A stretch of DNA of 43,041 bases from Anaerolineae bacterium (GTDB lineage Bacteria; Chloroflexota; Anaerolineae; J102): assembly GCA_015493675.1 (NCBI GenBank), contig WGCR01000550.1:1-43041 (forward strand). Reading direction: 5' to 3'. The notes below the pieces were generated by a model. The model was not told where the DNA came from. It did not search any database and saw only the letters and a program-made list of their open reading frames with translations. Below, piece by piece: positions 19,968-29,178 of this stretch (its first letter is position 1; each line of letters opens with the position of its first letter). The translations under genes and the position numbers were made by a program.

Positions 19968-21191
19968 ATGCGAATTCTTTATCTCAGTCAGTATTATTCT
20001 CCTGAATTCGGGGCGGCCGCGGCCCGGGCCCGTAGCATGTCCCGTTGGCTGGCCCGCTTCGGGCATGAGGTGACAGTAGTCACAACCCTTCCCAACTATC
20101 TTCTGGAAACTATTCCGGAGCCATATCGGGGAAAAAGGTGGATGCAGGAAGAGATGGATGGCGTGCAGGTGTATCGCGCCTGGCTCTATACTTCTTCCAA
20201 GCGCGATAATTGGCGACGCATGGCCAATTATCTCAGTTTCATGCTGTCATCCTGGTGGCATGGGCGCGGGCTGCCCGGACCATTTGATGTGGTGATTGCT
20301 TCATCGCCTCCGCTCTTTCTGGGCTTGACTGGCGTTGCTCTGGCCCGACGCTTTCGCGTCCCTCTGGTGTTCGATGTGCGCGATATGTGGCCGGAAATTG
20401 CGGTGAAACAGGGGATAATCAAATCAGGATCGCTGATGGAGCGCACATGGAGAGCTATGGCCGATTTCACCTACGATCGATCCGCCGCCATTGTGCCCGT
20501 AACGACTGGCATAAAACAGGATATGATCGCCCGAGGATTATCGCCGGAAAAAATCTCCCTGGTTCACAATGGCGTCGATCTGGAACAGATTCAGGAGAAC
20601 GCGCATGATTTGCGTAATGAATTGGGATTAGGCGAGAAGTTTGTGGCGCTCTTTGCGGGTCTTATCGGTGTCATGCAAGAAGTGAGTGTCATTGTCAATG
20701 CAGCCCTGCTGTTGAAAGATCATCCCAACATCCAATTTCTTATCGTTGGTGATGGCGTTGAGCGGGACAAAATCGCAAAACGCCTGCAAACCCTCCAACT
20801 GAAATCGGTTACACTGCTCCCGCGCCAGCCCCGAGAGCGCATGCCGCACTTTCTCAATACAGCAGATGTGTGTCTGGCCACACTGTCCAATGCCGGGGCC
20901 AGTGATGCAGTTCCTCTCAAGATGCTGGAAGGCTGGGCTTACCGAAAGCCAGTGATCATCACATCCTCAGGCGTAGGCGCTCAACTGACAACAACCTGGG
21001 AAGCCGGTCTGGCCACGCCGCCGGGCGACGCGCGGGCGCTGGCAGACGCCATCCTGACGCTGGAGGCGGATCGGGCGTTGCTCAAACGCATGGGGGAGAA
21101 CGGACGCCGCTGCATCGAAGAAAAGCTGAACCGCGAAGCGCTGGCCAGGGCGATGGAGCAGGTATTGACAGGAGTAACAAAACAGAAGTAA
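19968..21191 (+). CDS. Glycosyltransferase family 4 (WbuB/WcaI-like)
   Basis: MRILYLSQYYSPEFGAAAARARSMSRWLARFGHEVTVVTTLPNY is the typical N-terminus of this GT4 subgroup. The C-terminal region has PLKMLEGWAYRKPVI. Confidence 0.8.
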   Translation: MRILYLSQYYSPEFGAAAARARSMSRWLARFGHEVTVVTTLPNYLLETIPEPYRGKRWMQEEMDGVQVYRAWLYTSSKRDNWRRMANYLSFMLSSWWHGRGLPGPFDVVIASSPPLFLGLTGVALARRFRVPLVFDVRDMWPEIAVKQGIIKSGSLMERTWRAMADFTYDRSAAIVPVTTGIKQDMIARGLSPEKISLVHNGVDLEQIQENAHDLRNELGLGEKFVALFAGLIGVMQEVSVIVNAALLLKDHPNIQFLIVGDGVERDKIAKRLQTLQLKSVTLLPRQPRERMPHFLNTADVCLATLSNAGASDAVPLKMLEGWAYRKPVIITSSGVGAQLTTTWEAGLATPPGDARALADAILTLEADRALLKRMGENGRRCIEEKLNREALARAMEQVLTGVTKQK

Positions 21192-21403
21192 GGCCATCAC
21201 GGGGGGATGCAGGATGACTATGGGAGATTTTGAATTTCGCTGGCTGACGCGATACGAAATGTCTCTCCGGCAGCGTCTTGATAATTAGACGCAAGAACCA
21301 AAATCTCTCGCATCATTGCGGGAAAGAAGGTCATTGCACTATACTCATCTCTGTGCACCGCTGCACCCGGTCTTTCCCTTTTCGCTCTTTGCTTGCGTTC
21401 CAT

Positions 21404-22867
21404 ATGGAAGTCACTTATCGGGATATCGCCTCCCACGAAAAAAAACACAAAGGCGGACTTTCGCTTCAATTTGCGGAGAGAAAACTGTTGCTATTGGTGG
21501 TGGATCTGGCGATCCTGAATGGGGCCTTGCTGCTGATGCTTTCATTCTGGCCCGCGCCGGTTTTTGCCCGCATGTTGGAGCGACTCCCCCTCTTTGCAGT
21601 TCTGCTCTCGATCATCTGGTCGGTGGTCAGCGTCTTTTTCAATGTATATGATCTGGCCAAGGCTGCCAGTGCGGTGCATTCCATCTGGGCGGCGGATACA
21701 TCAGCCATCATCACACTGACTCTCTATATCCTGATCCCCTATCTGACGCCCGTCCTGCCCGATCGACGCACTCAAATTGCGATCTTGTTTTTGGCTGCCG
21801 TGGGCGGGATGACTCTGTGGCGATTCTTGTACGCCACGGTATTCACGCAGCCATCCTTTTGCCATCGGGCATTGGTCATCGGCGCCGGATGGTCTGGAAA
21901 AACGCTGGTGGAGGCGATTCAGGAAACCGCTTCCGAGACCGGCAATCCCTACCTGGGAACCGGTTATGAACTGCTGGGCTTCGTAGATGATGATCCAGCC
22001 AAACAAGGGAGCGACGTGGAAGGAACGCCGGTGCTGGGAGCCGGAAAAGATCTGCTTCGGCTGGTGCATGAATTGACTCCCGATGAGATCATTATCGCCA
22101 TCACTCATTCCCAGCGCATCAACCCCGATCTGTTCCGTGAGATCCTTGCCTGTTATGAAATGGGAATTCCCATCACCACCATGGCGGCGCTGTATGAGCG
22201 TATGACCGGCCGGGTGCCGGTGCAACACGCGGGGCAAGATCTGACAGTATTGCTACCCATCACCCGACCTTCCGGCTTCCGATTCTACTTGGCAATGCGC
22301 CGATTGCTGGACATCATTATTGCGCTCCCCGGCATCGTCATCGTACTTCTGCTGACGCCTGTGGTCTGGCTGGTCAATCAAATGACCAACCCCGGTGATG
22401 TATTCTACCATCAGCAGCGCATCGGCAAGGGAGGCAAGCCCTTCAGGATTATCAAATTCCGGTCCATGATCATGGATGCGGAGAAAGAGACAGGCGCGGT
22501 GTGGGCGCAGGAAAAAGATGAGCGCGTCACGCCCATAGGCCGTTTCCTGCGCAGCACCCGCCTGGATGAGCTGCCCCAATTCTGGAACGTACTGAAAGGA
22601 GAGATGACGCTCATTGGCCCCCGGCCCGAGCGCCCCGAGATCATCGATCAATTATCAAATGAAATCCCCTTCTACGACCTGCGCCATGCTGTCAAGCCCG
22701 GCATCACCGGCTGGGCGCAGGTGCGCTATCGCTACGGGGCTTCGGTGAAAGACGCTTTTGTAAAGCTGCAATATGACCTTTATTACATCAAACATCTGGG
22801 GCCTTTTATCGATTTTTCTGTTTTTATCAAAACAATTCAGGTCGTTTTGGGAATGAAGGGACGATAG
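21404..22867 (+). CDS. Large polyprenyl-phosphate phosphoglycosyl transferase (WbaP/EpsB-type initiating enzyme)
   Basis: N-terminal TM helices are followed by a central Rossmann-like segment (ALVIGAGWSGKTL). The C-terminal sugar-transferase domain reads FRIIKFRSM...DELPQFWNVLKGEMTLIGPRPERP. The start is taken at ATG 21404. Confidence 0.85.
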   Translation: MEVTYRDIASHEKKHKGGLSLQFAERKLLLLVVDLAILNGALLLMLSFWPAPVFARMLERLPLFAVLLSIIWSVVSVFFNVYDLAKAASAVHSIWAADTSAIITLTLYILIPYLTPVLPDRRTQIAILFLAAVGGMTLWRFLYATVFTQPSFCHRALVIGAGWSGKTLVEAIQETASETGNPYLGTGYELLGFVDDDPAKQGSDVEGTPVLGAGKDLLRLVHELTPDEIIIAITHSQRINPDLFREILACYEMGIPITTMAALYERMTGRVPVQHAGQDLTVLLPITRPSGFRFYLAMRRLLDIIIALPGIVIVLLLTPVVWLVNQMTNPGDVFYHQQRIGKGGKPFRIIKFRSMIMDAEKETGAVWAQEKDERVTPIGRFLRSTRLDELPQFWNVLKGEMTLIGPRPERPEIIDQLSNEIPFYDLRHAVKPGITGWAQVRYRYGASVKDAFVKLQYDLYYIKHLGPFIDFSVFIKTIQVVLGMKGR

Positions 22868-22895
22868 GGGTATAATTTGTCCAGCGATTTTATCA

Positions 22896-23050
22896 AGTAA
22901 CTATACAGGTATCCCACACAACGCTTTGCTACGAAGGCGCGAAGGTTTAAGAAGACACGAAGAAAACCTTCTATTTTTCCCTTCGTGTCTTTGTGCCTTC
23001 GTGTCTTTGTGGTTTTTGCCTCGATATGAAAGGGTAGGTGTATAGTCACT
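22896..23050. repeat. 155-bp MITE-like repeat element
   Basis: It is bounded by a 12-nt inverted repeat, AGTAACTATACA (22896-22907) and TGTATAGTCACT (23039-23050), with 1 mismatch. Inside are CGAAGG twice, AAGACACGAAG (22952-22962) and a perfect 16-mer tandem CCTTCGTGTCTTTGTG x2 (22980-23011). Confidence 0.6.
22952..23017 (+). terminator. Possible terminator hairpin inside the repeat element
   Basis: AAGACACGAAG can pair with either CTTCGTGTCTT copy (22981-22991 or 22997-23007). A TTTTT run lies at 23013-23017. The geometry is not ideal because of a long loop or a gap before the T run. Confidence 0.3.
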
Positions 23051-23446
23051 TTATCAATTGCAACGCGATGGGCCCGTGGTGATCTGATTTTGCACACGCA
23101 TACGATCAAGGTACGATTTCCGTCGCTCGCTATAGATTTCGACTGTTGCAGCTTCGAGCTCCGGTCGGAATTGTGTACGCCCTGAACAATCCGATCTCGG
23201 CTTCGGTATCGGAAAGGCGGAGCATGGACGGCGGAAAGAGGCGCCAACGCCCTTTTTCCCAGCATTCGATTCTCACCGTTCCTTTCTGGCTTGCCCGGAC
23301 GCCCGGGAGCGGAGATGCAGGGAGGATTACGAATCCGGCGGATTTTGCCAAACCAACCGCCTTACAATCCCCGATTGCATAACAAGAACCGATGCAGCTT
23401 CCAATCCAATCCCAAAGAGTCTCCTTTCTCAACGCCATCACTTCCG

Positions 23447-24466
23447 ATGACAAACGCAACCTTCCATATCGCCGTAGTCGGCCTGGGCCATTGGGGCCCG
23501 AACCTGGCCCGGAATGTCAACGCCCTGCCCAATGCCCGGCTGCACACGCTCTGTGACGCCGATCCGGCGCGCCTTCAGAGCGTAGGCGCCCAATATCCCG
23601 CCGCCCGCCAGACCGATGATTTTGAAAGCGTGCTGGCCGACCCCGAAGTAGACGCGGTCGTGCTGGCCACGCCCGTGCACACCCATTTCGAACTGGCCAG
23701 CGCCGCGCTGCGGGCGGGCAAGCATACGTTCGTGGAAAAGCCCCTGGCCCGCACCAGCGACGAGGCCCGGAAGCTGGTGAAGCTCGCCGACGCCGAGGGC
23801 CTGATTTTGATGGTCGGGCATGTGTTCCTCTACAACGCAGCGGTGCGTCAGGTCAAGCACTACATCGATTCAGGCGAGCTGGGCGACATCTACTACATCT
23901 ATGCCCAGCGCCTCAATTTGGGCATCGTACGCCAGGATGTGAACGCACTGTGGAATTTTGCTCCCCATGACATCTCCATCATCAATTACTGGCTGGAGGG
24001 GGCACCCGTACAGGTGGATGCGCACGGTTATGATTATTTGCAGCCGGGCATCGAGGATGTCGTGTTCATGAATCTGGCATACGCGGGTGGGCAGGCCGCG
24101 GCAGTGCATGTGAGCTGGCTGGATCCCAACAAGGTGCGGCGAATGACGGTAGTGGGCAGCAAAAAGATGGTCGTCTACGATGATGTCAGCCCGGATGCAA
24201 AAATCAAGCTGTTCGACAAGGGCGTGGATCGCAAACCGGGGCATGGCCTGGGCAGTTACGCCACCTTCGGCGAGTTTCAGTTACTACTACGCGCGGGCGA
24301 TCTGCTCATTCCCAAGATCCGATTCACCGAGCCGCTGCGAGCCGAATGCCAGGCCTTCGTGGATGCCATACACACGGGCGAGCCGCCCCTGGCCGACGGG
24401 CGCAATGGTCTGGCTGTTGTGGAAGTGCTGGAGGCTGCGGATCGGGCGATGAAAACAGAGAAATAG
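23447..24466 (+). CDS. Gfo/Idh/MocA oxidoreductase, second WbpB-like paralog
   Basis: HIAVVGLGHWGPNLARNV, TFVEKPLA and GHVFLYNAA are present. It is colinear with the 14586 paralog along its whole length. The start is taken at ATG 23447. Confidence 0.8.
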   Translation: MTNATFHIAVVGLGHWGPNLARNVNALPNARLHTLCDADPARLQSVGAQYPAARQTDDFESVLADPEVDAVVLATPVHTHFELASAALRAGKHTFVEKPLARTSDEARKLVKLADAEGLILMVGHVFLYNAAVRQVKHYIDSGELGDIYYIYAQRLNLGIVRQDVNALWNFAPHDISIINYWLEGAPVQVDAHGYDYLQPGIEDVVFMNLAYAGGQAAAVHVSWLDPNKVRRMTVVGSKKMVVYDDVSPDAKIKLFDKGVDRKPGHGLGSYATFGEFQLLLRAGDLLIPKIRFTEPLRAECQAFVDAIHTGEPPLADGRNGLAVVEVLEAADRAMKTEK

Positions 24467-24470
24467 AGTG

Positions 24471-24479
24471 TGGTATAAT
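24471..24479 (+). promoter_or_regulatory. Extended -10 promoter element, TGgTATAAT
   Basis: A perfect TGnTATAAT begins 5 nt after the oxidoreductase stop, at the left edge of the inserted cassette. There is no good -35. This is a motif match only. Confidence 0.35.
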
Positions 24480-24647
24480 CTTTCTATCGCATTTTACCAA
24501 TTCGGCCAAGACAAAATTATGCAACATCCAGTCAAGTTACAAGCCCGACGTAAAGCCTACATCAATTTGGCGAAACGACGCGTGCGTCCTGGCGCTGGAA
24601 GTGACAGAGTGTTCCTAGAGCGGCGCACATCATTGGGAAGGAGTCCG

Positions 24648-25142
24648 ATGTTGTTATCTGATATTCTCAAAAAAACGCCGTTCGTCGTCGTTGAAGGCAT
24701 CGCCACGCGTCTTTATATGCCAGAGCGGATGACTCTGGATATCGATATTTTGGTGTTGGCAACTGACCGTAAAGTTTGCGAGGAAGAATTACTGGAAGCT
24801 GGCTGCAAGAAGTTGGGGGATTTATCGATTGGCGGCGCCACCTGGGCATTACCTGATGGAACTGAACTGAATGTCATCTTCTCAGACGAACCATGGGCCC
24901 AAGAGGCGCTGGCCCATCCGGTTCTGGATGCGAGTGGCGTTCCGACTATCTCACTGCCCTATCTTGTGGTGATGAAGCTTTATTCGGGCCGGGTGCAGGA
25001 TATTGCGGATATCACTCGTATGTTGGGAGCAGCAGATGAAGATCAACTCCAGCAAGTGCGTCAGGCCGTGGCTGTTTATATGCCCGATGCATTGGAGGAT
25101 ATCGAGAGTATGATTGTTCTGGGCAGGATGGAATATGAATAA
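24648..25142 (+). CDS. Nucleotidyltransferase-fold protein (DUF2204/AbiEii-like minimal NTase), function unknown
   Basis: VVVEGIATRLYMPERMTLDIDILV is a G-x-A...D-x-D NTase signature. A C-terminal LVVMKLYSGRVQDIADI helix follows. ATG 24648 is preceded by GGGAAGGAG. An in-frame ATG at 24519 is an alternative start. Confidence 0.6.
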   Translation: MLLSDILKKTPFVVVEGIATRLYMPERMTLDIDILVLATDRKVCEEELLEAGCKKLGDLSIGGATWALPDGTELNVIFSDEPWAQEALAHPVLDASGVPTISLPYLVVMKLYSGRVQDIADITRMLGAADEDQLQQVRQAVAVYMPDALEDIESMIVLGRMEYE

Positions 25143-25143
25143 C

Positions 25144-25194
25144 GCCTTGACCGCGATTGAAGTGCTGGAGGCCGCGGATCGGGCGATGACCTGA
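25144..25194 (+). pseudogene. 3'-terminal remnant of a WbpB-like oxidoreductase gene
   Basis: It translates as ALTAIEVLEAADRAMT*, compared with GLAVVEVLEAADRAMKTEK* at the end of the intact gene. The 31-nt core at 25159-25189 matches 24422-24452 with 1 mismatch. Confidence 0.75.
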
Positions 25195-25320
25195 ACTGCG
25201 GATATCTCGGGTAACACTGAAATGTGAGAAAACGAGATGAAGCATCATATGTGATTGCTTTCAGAAAGAGATCGCGGAAGTAAGAATAATTGCATCATTA
25301 TCAGCAAGGACATAACAACT

Positions 25321-26469
25321 ATGCGCAACGAATTTCTGGTTTTTGGTTCTCCCCTTATTGAACAAGAGGAAGTTGATGAAGTTGTAGATTCACTTAAATC
25401 AGGATGGATAGGGACTGGGCCGAAAGTGCATCAATTTGAGGAAATATTTCGGGATTACAAAGGCGTAAAATACGCAATGGCTCTAAACTCATGCACAGCC
25501 TGTCTCCACCTATCCATGCTCTCCATCAATCTACAGCCTGGCGATGAGGTGATAGTCCCCACAATGACCTTTGCAGCCACCGCCAACGTTGTCATTCATG
25601 CTGGCGGCAAACCGGTCTTTGTTGACTCTCTGCGAGATTCAATGAACATTGATCCGGCAGATATCGAAAGAAAAATAACTCCCAAAACCAAGGCAATCAT
25701 CCCCGTCCATTTTGCTGGGCGCGCATGCGATATGGATACTATTTTGGATATTGCCAAAAAACATGATCTAAAAATTATCGAAGATTGCGCCCACGCCATT
25801 GAAACCGAGTATCACGGAGAAAAAGCCGGTACGTTTGGAGATATTGGTTGTTTTAGTTTTTACGTTACAAAAAATATTGTGACAGGCGAAGGAGGAATGG
25901 CAATCACAAACAACCAGGAATACGCTGACAAAATAAAAGTTATGGGACTTCATGGTATGAGCAAGGACGCCTGGAAGAGATTCAGCGACGAGGGCTATAA
26001 ACACTATCAGGTCGTTTATCCTGGATTCAAATACAATATGATGGATATTCAGGCAGCACTTGGAATCCACCAATTGCCGCGGGTTGATAGCTATTGGTTA
26101 CGCAGGCAGGAAATTTGGGATACTTACAATGAAGCCTTCAAAGATTTGCCTGTATTTACTCCAGCGCCAGTTGCACCAGATACAAAACATGCATACCATT
26201 TGTATACATTACTTCTAAATATTGATCGTCTTTCCATCACACGCGATCAATTTCTCGATGAAATGACCAAACGGAAAATAGGCGTTGGCGTCCACTACAT
26301 AGCGCTTCATCTGCACCCCTACTACCAGCAAACACTCGGGCATAAACGAGGTGATTTCCCAAATGCCGAATGGATATCCGATCGGACAGTCTCCCTCCCT
26401 CTATCTGCCAAACTAACGAACGCTGATGTCGATGACGTCATTGAAGCTGTACAATCGATTCTCACATAA
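25321..26469 (+). CDS. DegT/DnrJ/EryC1/StrS-family PLP-dependent sugar aminotransferase
   Basis: FGSPLIEQEEVDEVVDSLKSGWIGTGPKVHQFEE is the N-terminus. The likely PLP-lysine region is FSFYVTKNIVTGEGG. The start is taken at ATG 25321. Confidence 0.88.
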   Translation: MRNEFLVFGSPLIEQEEVDEVVDSLKSGWIGTGPKVHQFEEIFRDYKGVKYAMALNSCTACLHLSMLSINLQPGDEVIVPTMTFAATANVVIHAGGKPVFVDSLRDSMNIDPADIERKITPKTKAIIPVHFAGRACDMDTILDIAKKHDLKIIEDCAHAIETEYHGEKAGTFGDIGCFSFYVTKNIVTGEGGMAITNNQEYADKIKVMGLHGMSKDAWKRFSDEGYKHYQVVYPGFKYNMMDIQAALGIHQLPRVDSYWLRRQEIWDTYNEAFKDLPVFTPAPVAPDTKHAYHLYTLLLNIDRLSITRDQFLDEMTKRKIGVGVHYIALHLHPYYQQTLGHKRGDFPNAEWISDRTVSLPLSAKLTNADVDDVIEAVQSILT

Positions 26470-26480
26470 TAACGAGGCAA

Positions 26481-27044
26481 ATGAAAAAACTGCTGAAAGC
26501 AATCGAGCGCTTTCTCATATTCTTTTATTTTAGATGGATACATCTTTTGTATGGCATTGACGGCGTAGCGCATAGATTAAAATGGCAACGTCATCCTAAA
26601 GATATTTTGAAAAGATGGGGCGCTCAAATCGACACTGACACAATGATTTATCCTGGGATTACTATTCACGCGGCACATCGTGATTTTTCAAATTTGAAGG
26701 TAGGGAAAAGTGTCAGGATACTGAGAGACGTTTTTTTGGATTTGACGGATGAGATTATTGTCGAAGATCAAGTGATCATAAGTATTGGAGCCACGTTGCT
26801 GACTCACCAAAACATCTTTCGATCTCCATTAAGTGAGTTGGAGGCCTATAAACCCTCTCATTCTCCAATCAAGATTAAGCGAGGAGCGGTCTTATTTGCT
26901 AATGTAACAGTGCTGCAAGGAGTGACAATTGGCGAATGCTCGGTTTGTGCTGCTGGGGCTGTAGTCATACACGATGTGCCTCCCTATACTGTTGTAGGCG
27001 GCGTTCCAGCCCGTCCGATTAAGACACTCCCAATGACTTTATGA
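26481..27044 (+). CDS. Hexapeptide-repeat O-acetyltransferase (WcaF/maltose-acetyltransferase-like)
   Basis: IKRGAVLFANVTVLQGVTIGECSVCAAGAVVIHDVPPYTVVGGVPARPIK is a left-handed beta-helix C-terminus. Confidence 0.8.
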   Translation: MKKLLKAIERFLIFFYFRWIHLLYGIDGVAHRLKWQRHPKDILKRWGAQIDTDTMIYPGITIHAAHRDFSNLKVGKSVRILRDVFLDLTDEIIVEDQVIISIGATLLTHQNIFRSPLSELEAYKPSHSPIKIKRGAVLFANVTVLQGVTIGECSVCAAGAVVIHDVPPYTVVGGVPARPIKTLPMTL

Positions 27045-27056
27045 GCTACTAAATAA

Positions 27057-27716
27057 ATGGCAAAAGAAACAAAAAACATTCTAGTCAATTCAATACACGA
27101 CAAGCAACTTCAAGTTTTTGCATCTCAATACATATCTGGACGACTGATAGATATTGGCTGTGGGAAAAAGCCGTATGAAGAGCTTCTCTCGCCATTAGTT
27201 ACTGAACACGTTGGCGTTGATCACCAAGATTCTTTTCACGATAAAAGCAATGTCGATATTTTTGGCTCTGCTTATGAAATTCCGGTTGAAGATGAATCAT
27301 TCGATTCAGCAATAAGCACTGCAGTTTTAGAGCATTTAGAAGAACCAGAATTAGCGTTGCGAGAATGCTATCGCGTTCTCAAACCCGGAGGCTATGCAAT
27401 CTACAGCATACCCTTCATTTGGCATATCCACGAGGCGCCGCGAGATTTTTTTAGATATAGTAAATTTGGAATCGAGTATTTATTTAACAAGACAGGCTTT
27501 GAAATCATTGAAATTAAACCATTATCAGGGTTTTGGGTGACTTTTGGACAGTTATTTGTCTACTACATTTATAGGTTTAACAGAGGCCCATTGCGATGGT
27601 TACATATCATTGATATTATTGGGTTATCGATTCAGGGATTTGTCTATTTAATAAATAAAATCGATAAAACTGAGCAGTGGACTTGGATGTACATGGTAGT
27701 AGCAAAAAAGCCATGA
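27057..27716 (+). CDS. Class I SAM-dependent methyltransferase
   Basis: LIDIGCGKKP is motif I. VLEHLEEPELALRECYRVLKPGGYAI resembles Methyltransf_11. Confidence 0.8.
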   Translation: MAKETKNILVNSIHDKQLQVFASQYISGRLIDIGCGKKPYEELLSPLVTEHVGVDHQDSFHDKSNVDIFGSAYEIPVEDESFDSAISTAVLEHLEEPELALRECYRVLKPGGYAIYSIPFIWHIHEAPRDFFRYSKFGIEYLFNKTGFEIIEIKPLSGFWVTFGQLFVYYIYRFNRGPLRWLHIIDIIGLSIQGFVYLINKIDKTEQWTWMYMVVAKKP

Positions 27717-29155
27717 CAACGCTGAAACACCAGGCAGCTAAAGGAGTCAAATGGGCAGCCATTTCTCGGGCAGGACGTCTGGGGGCACAATTCCTAACAA
27801 CTGCCATCCTTGCCCGATTACTATCGCCCGATGATTTTGGGTTGGTGGGAATGGCGCTTGTTGTTTTGGGATTTCTAAATATCTTCAAGGATTTGGGAAC
27901 TTCCGCTGCAATCATTCAGAGAAAGGAAATTGAAGACCCGTTAATTTCGAGCATCTTCTGGCTGAATGTAGGATTTGGGGCAGTTGCTACAACAATCCTA
28001 TTTGCCGGCGCTCCGCTCATCGCCTGGTTTTATCATGAGCCAAGATTGACTTCTGTGATGCAAGTTTTTGCAACCACATTCATCCTTTCGGGATTGGGAA
28101 TAGTACAAAATGCCTTGTTGCAACGTTCTCTGGCATTCAATAAGTTGGCAAAAATCGAATTAACCGCCATCATTATTGGATCAGCGTCAGGAATTGCCCT
28201 CGCTACTATGGGAGCAGGCGTTTGGAGTCTAGTCATCCAGACTATAAGCACAGTCTTTTTGACAACAGTCTTTTTGTGGCTACAATCGAACTGGCGTCCA
28301 AAACTCAAGTTTGATTGGACTGAATTAAAAACCATACTTTCGTACAGCTTAAATCTTACTGGATTTAATATCCTTAACTTCTTATCCCGAAACACAGATT
28401 ATCTATTGATCGGCCGGTACTTGGGAGCTACAGCATTGGGATACTACACATTGGCCTATCAAATACTACTATTCCCCGTCCAGAATATTTCCGCCGTTGT
28501 CAGCAAAGTAATGTTCCCCGTTTATTCCAAAATCCAAACAGACAACGCCTATTTTTCCCGTGTTTATCTCGATGTAGCTTCTACAATTGCATTTTTCACT
28601 TTTCCCTTAATGATGGGGGCCTTTCTGCTAGCCCATCCTTTGGTCTCCGTGATCTTTGGTGAAAAATGGGCGCAATCCGCCTTTTTAATCCAGATACTTG
28701 CCCCCGTTGGCGCCATTCAGTCCATCGCAGCAACCGTTGGCCTGATATATCAAGCCAAAGGTAAAACAGATTGGTTACTCCGCTGGGGCATTTTTTCCGT
28801 TTCTATAGTTATTGTTGCTTTCCTTGTCGGCATTCGCTATGGACTCATTGGCGTTGCTTTGGCATATTCAGGAGCAATAATGCTCCTCACCTATCCTAGC
28901 TTCGCAATACCCTTTCGTTTGATAAAACTAAAGTTCCTAGACTTGGTAGAAGTACTAAAACTGCATTTACTAAACACCTTGGCAATGGGTTTAATAATTT
29001 ACACATATTTGATCCTTTTTTCATCACACTTCTCTGACGTTATCAACCTAACCTTCGCTGTTACAATAGGCGCTACAGCTTATTTGACGAGTAACTATAT
29101 GATAAATCGACAACAATTGAAAAAACTGACGGTGAAAGCAAAACTTCTACTTTGA
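27713..29155 (+). CDS. wzx: Wzx/WzxC-like polysaccharide flippase (second copy)
   Basis: AAKGVKWAAISRAGRLGAQFLTTAILARLLSPDDFGLVGMALVV...AAIIQRKE is the typical N-terminus of this family. The protein is polytopic. Its ATG overlaps the previous stop (ATGA). Confidence 0.8.
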   Translation: MTTLKHQAAKGVKWAAISRAGRLGAQFLTTAILARLLSPDDFGLVGMALVVLGFLNIFKDLGTSAAIIQRKEIEDPLISSIFWLNVGFGAVATTILFAGAPLIAWFYHEPRLTSVMQVFATTFILSGLGIVQNALLQRSLAFNKLAKIELTAIIIGSASGIALATMGAGVWSLVIQTISTVFLTTVFLWLQSNWRPKLKFDWTELKTILSYSLNLTGFNILNFLSRNTDYLLIGRYLGATALGYYTLAYQILLFPVQNISAVVSKVMFPVYSKIQTDNAYFSRVYLDVASTIAFFTFPLMMGAFLLAHPLVSVIFGEKWAQSAFLIQILAPVGAIQSIAATVGLIYQAKGKTDWLLRWGIFSVSIVIVAFLVGIRYGLIGVALAYSGAIMLLTYPSFAIPFRLIKLKFLDLVEVLKLHLLNTLAMGLIIYTYLILFSSHFSDVINLTFAVTIGATAYLTSNYMINRQQLKKLTVKAKLLL

Positions 29156-29178
29156 ACAAGTCGGGACCAACATCCGAA

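Noticed and set aside
23216-23226. GGCGGAGCATG, resembling the enterobacterial ops element GGCGGTAGnnTG, in the long leader
   Set aside because: It lacks the T at position 6 and is otherwise a short GC-rich match. The NusG paralog here is too distant from RfaH to expect the same element. I consider it chance until conservation is shown.
23130-23459. Small ORFs in the 579-nt gap (109 aa on minus, 78 aa on plus at 23146-23382)
   Set aside because: They have no recognisable motifs and no SD. The minus ORF overlaps the start of the oxidoreductase gene. I treat them as non-coding.
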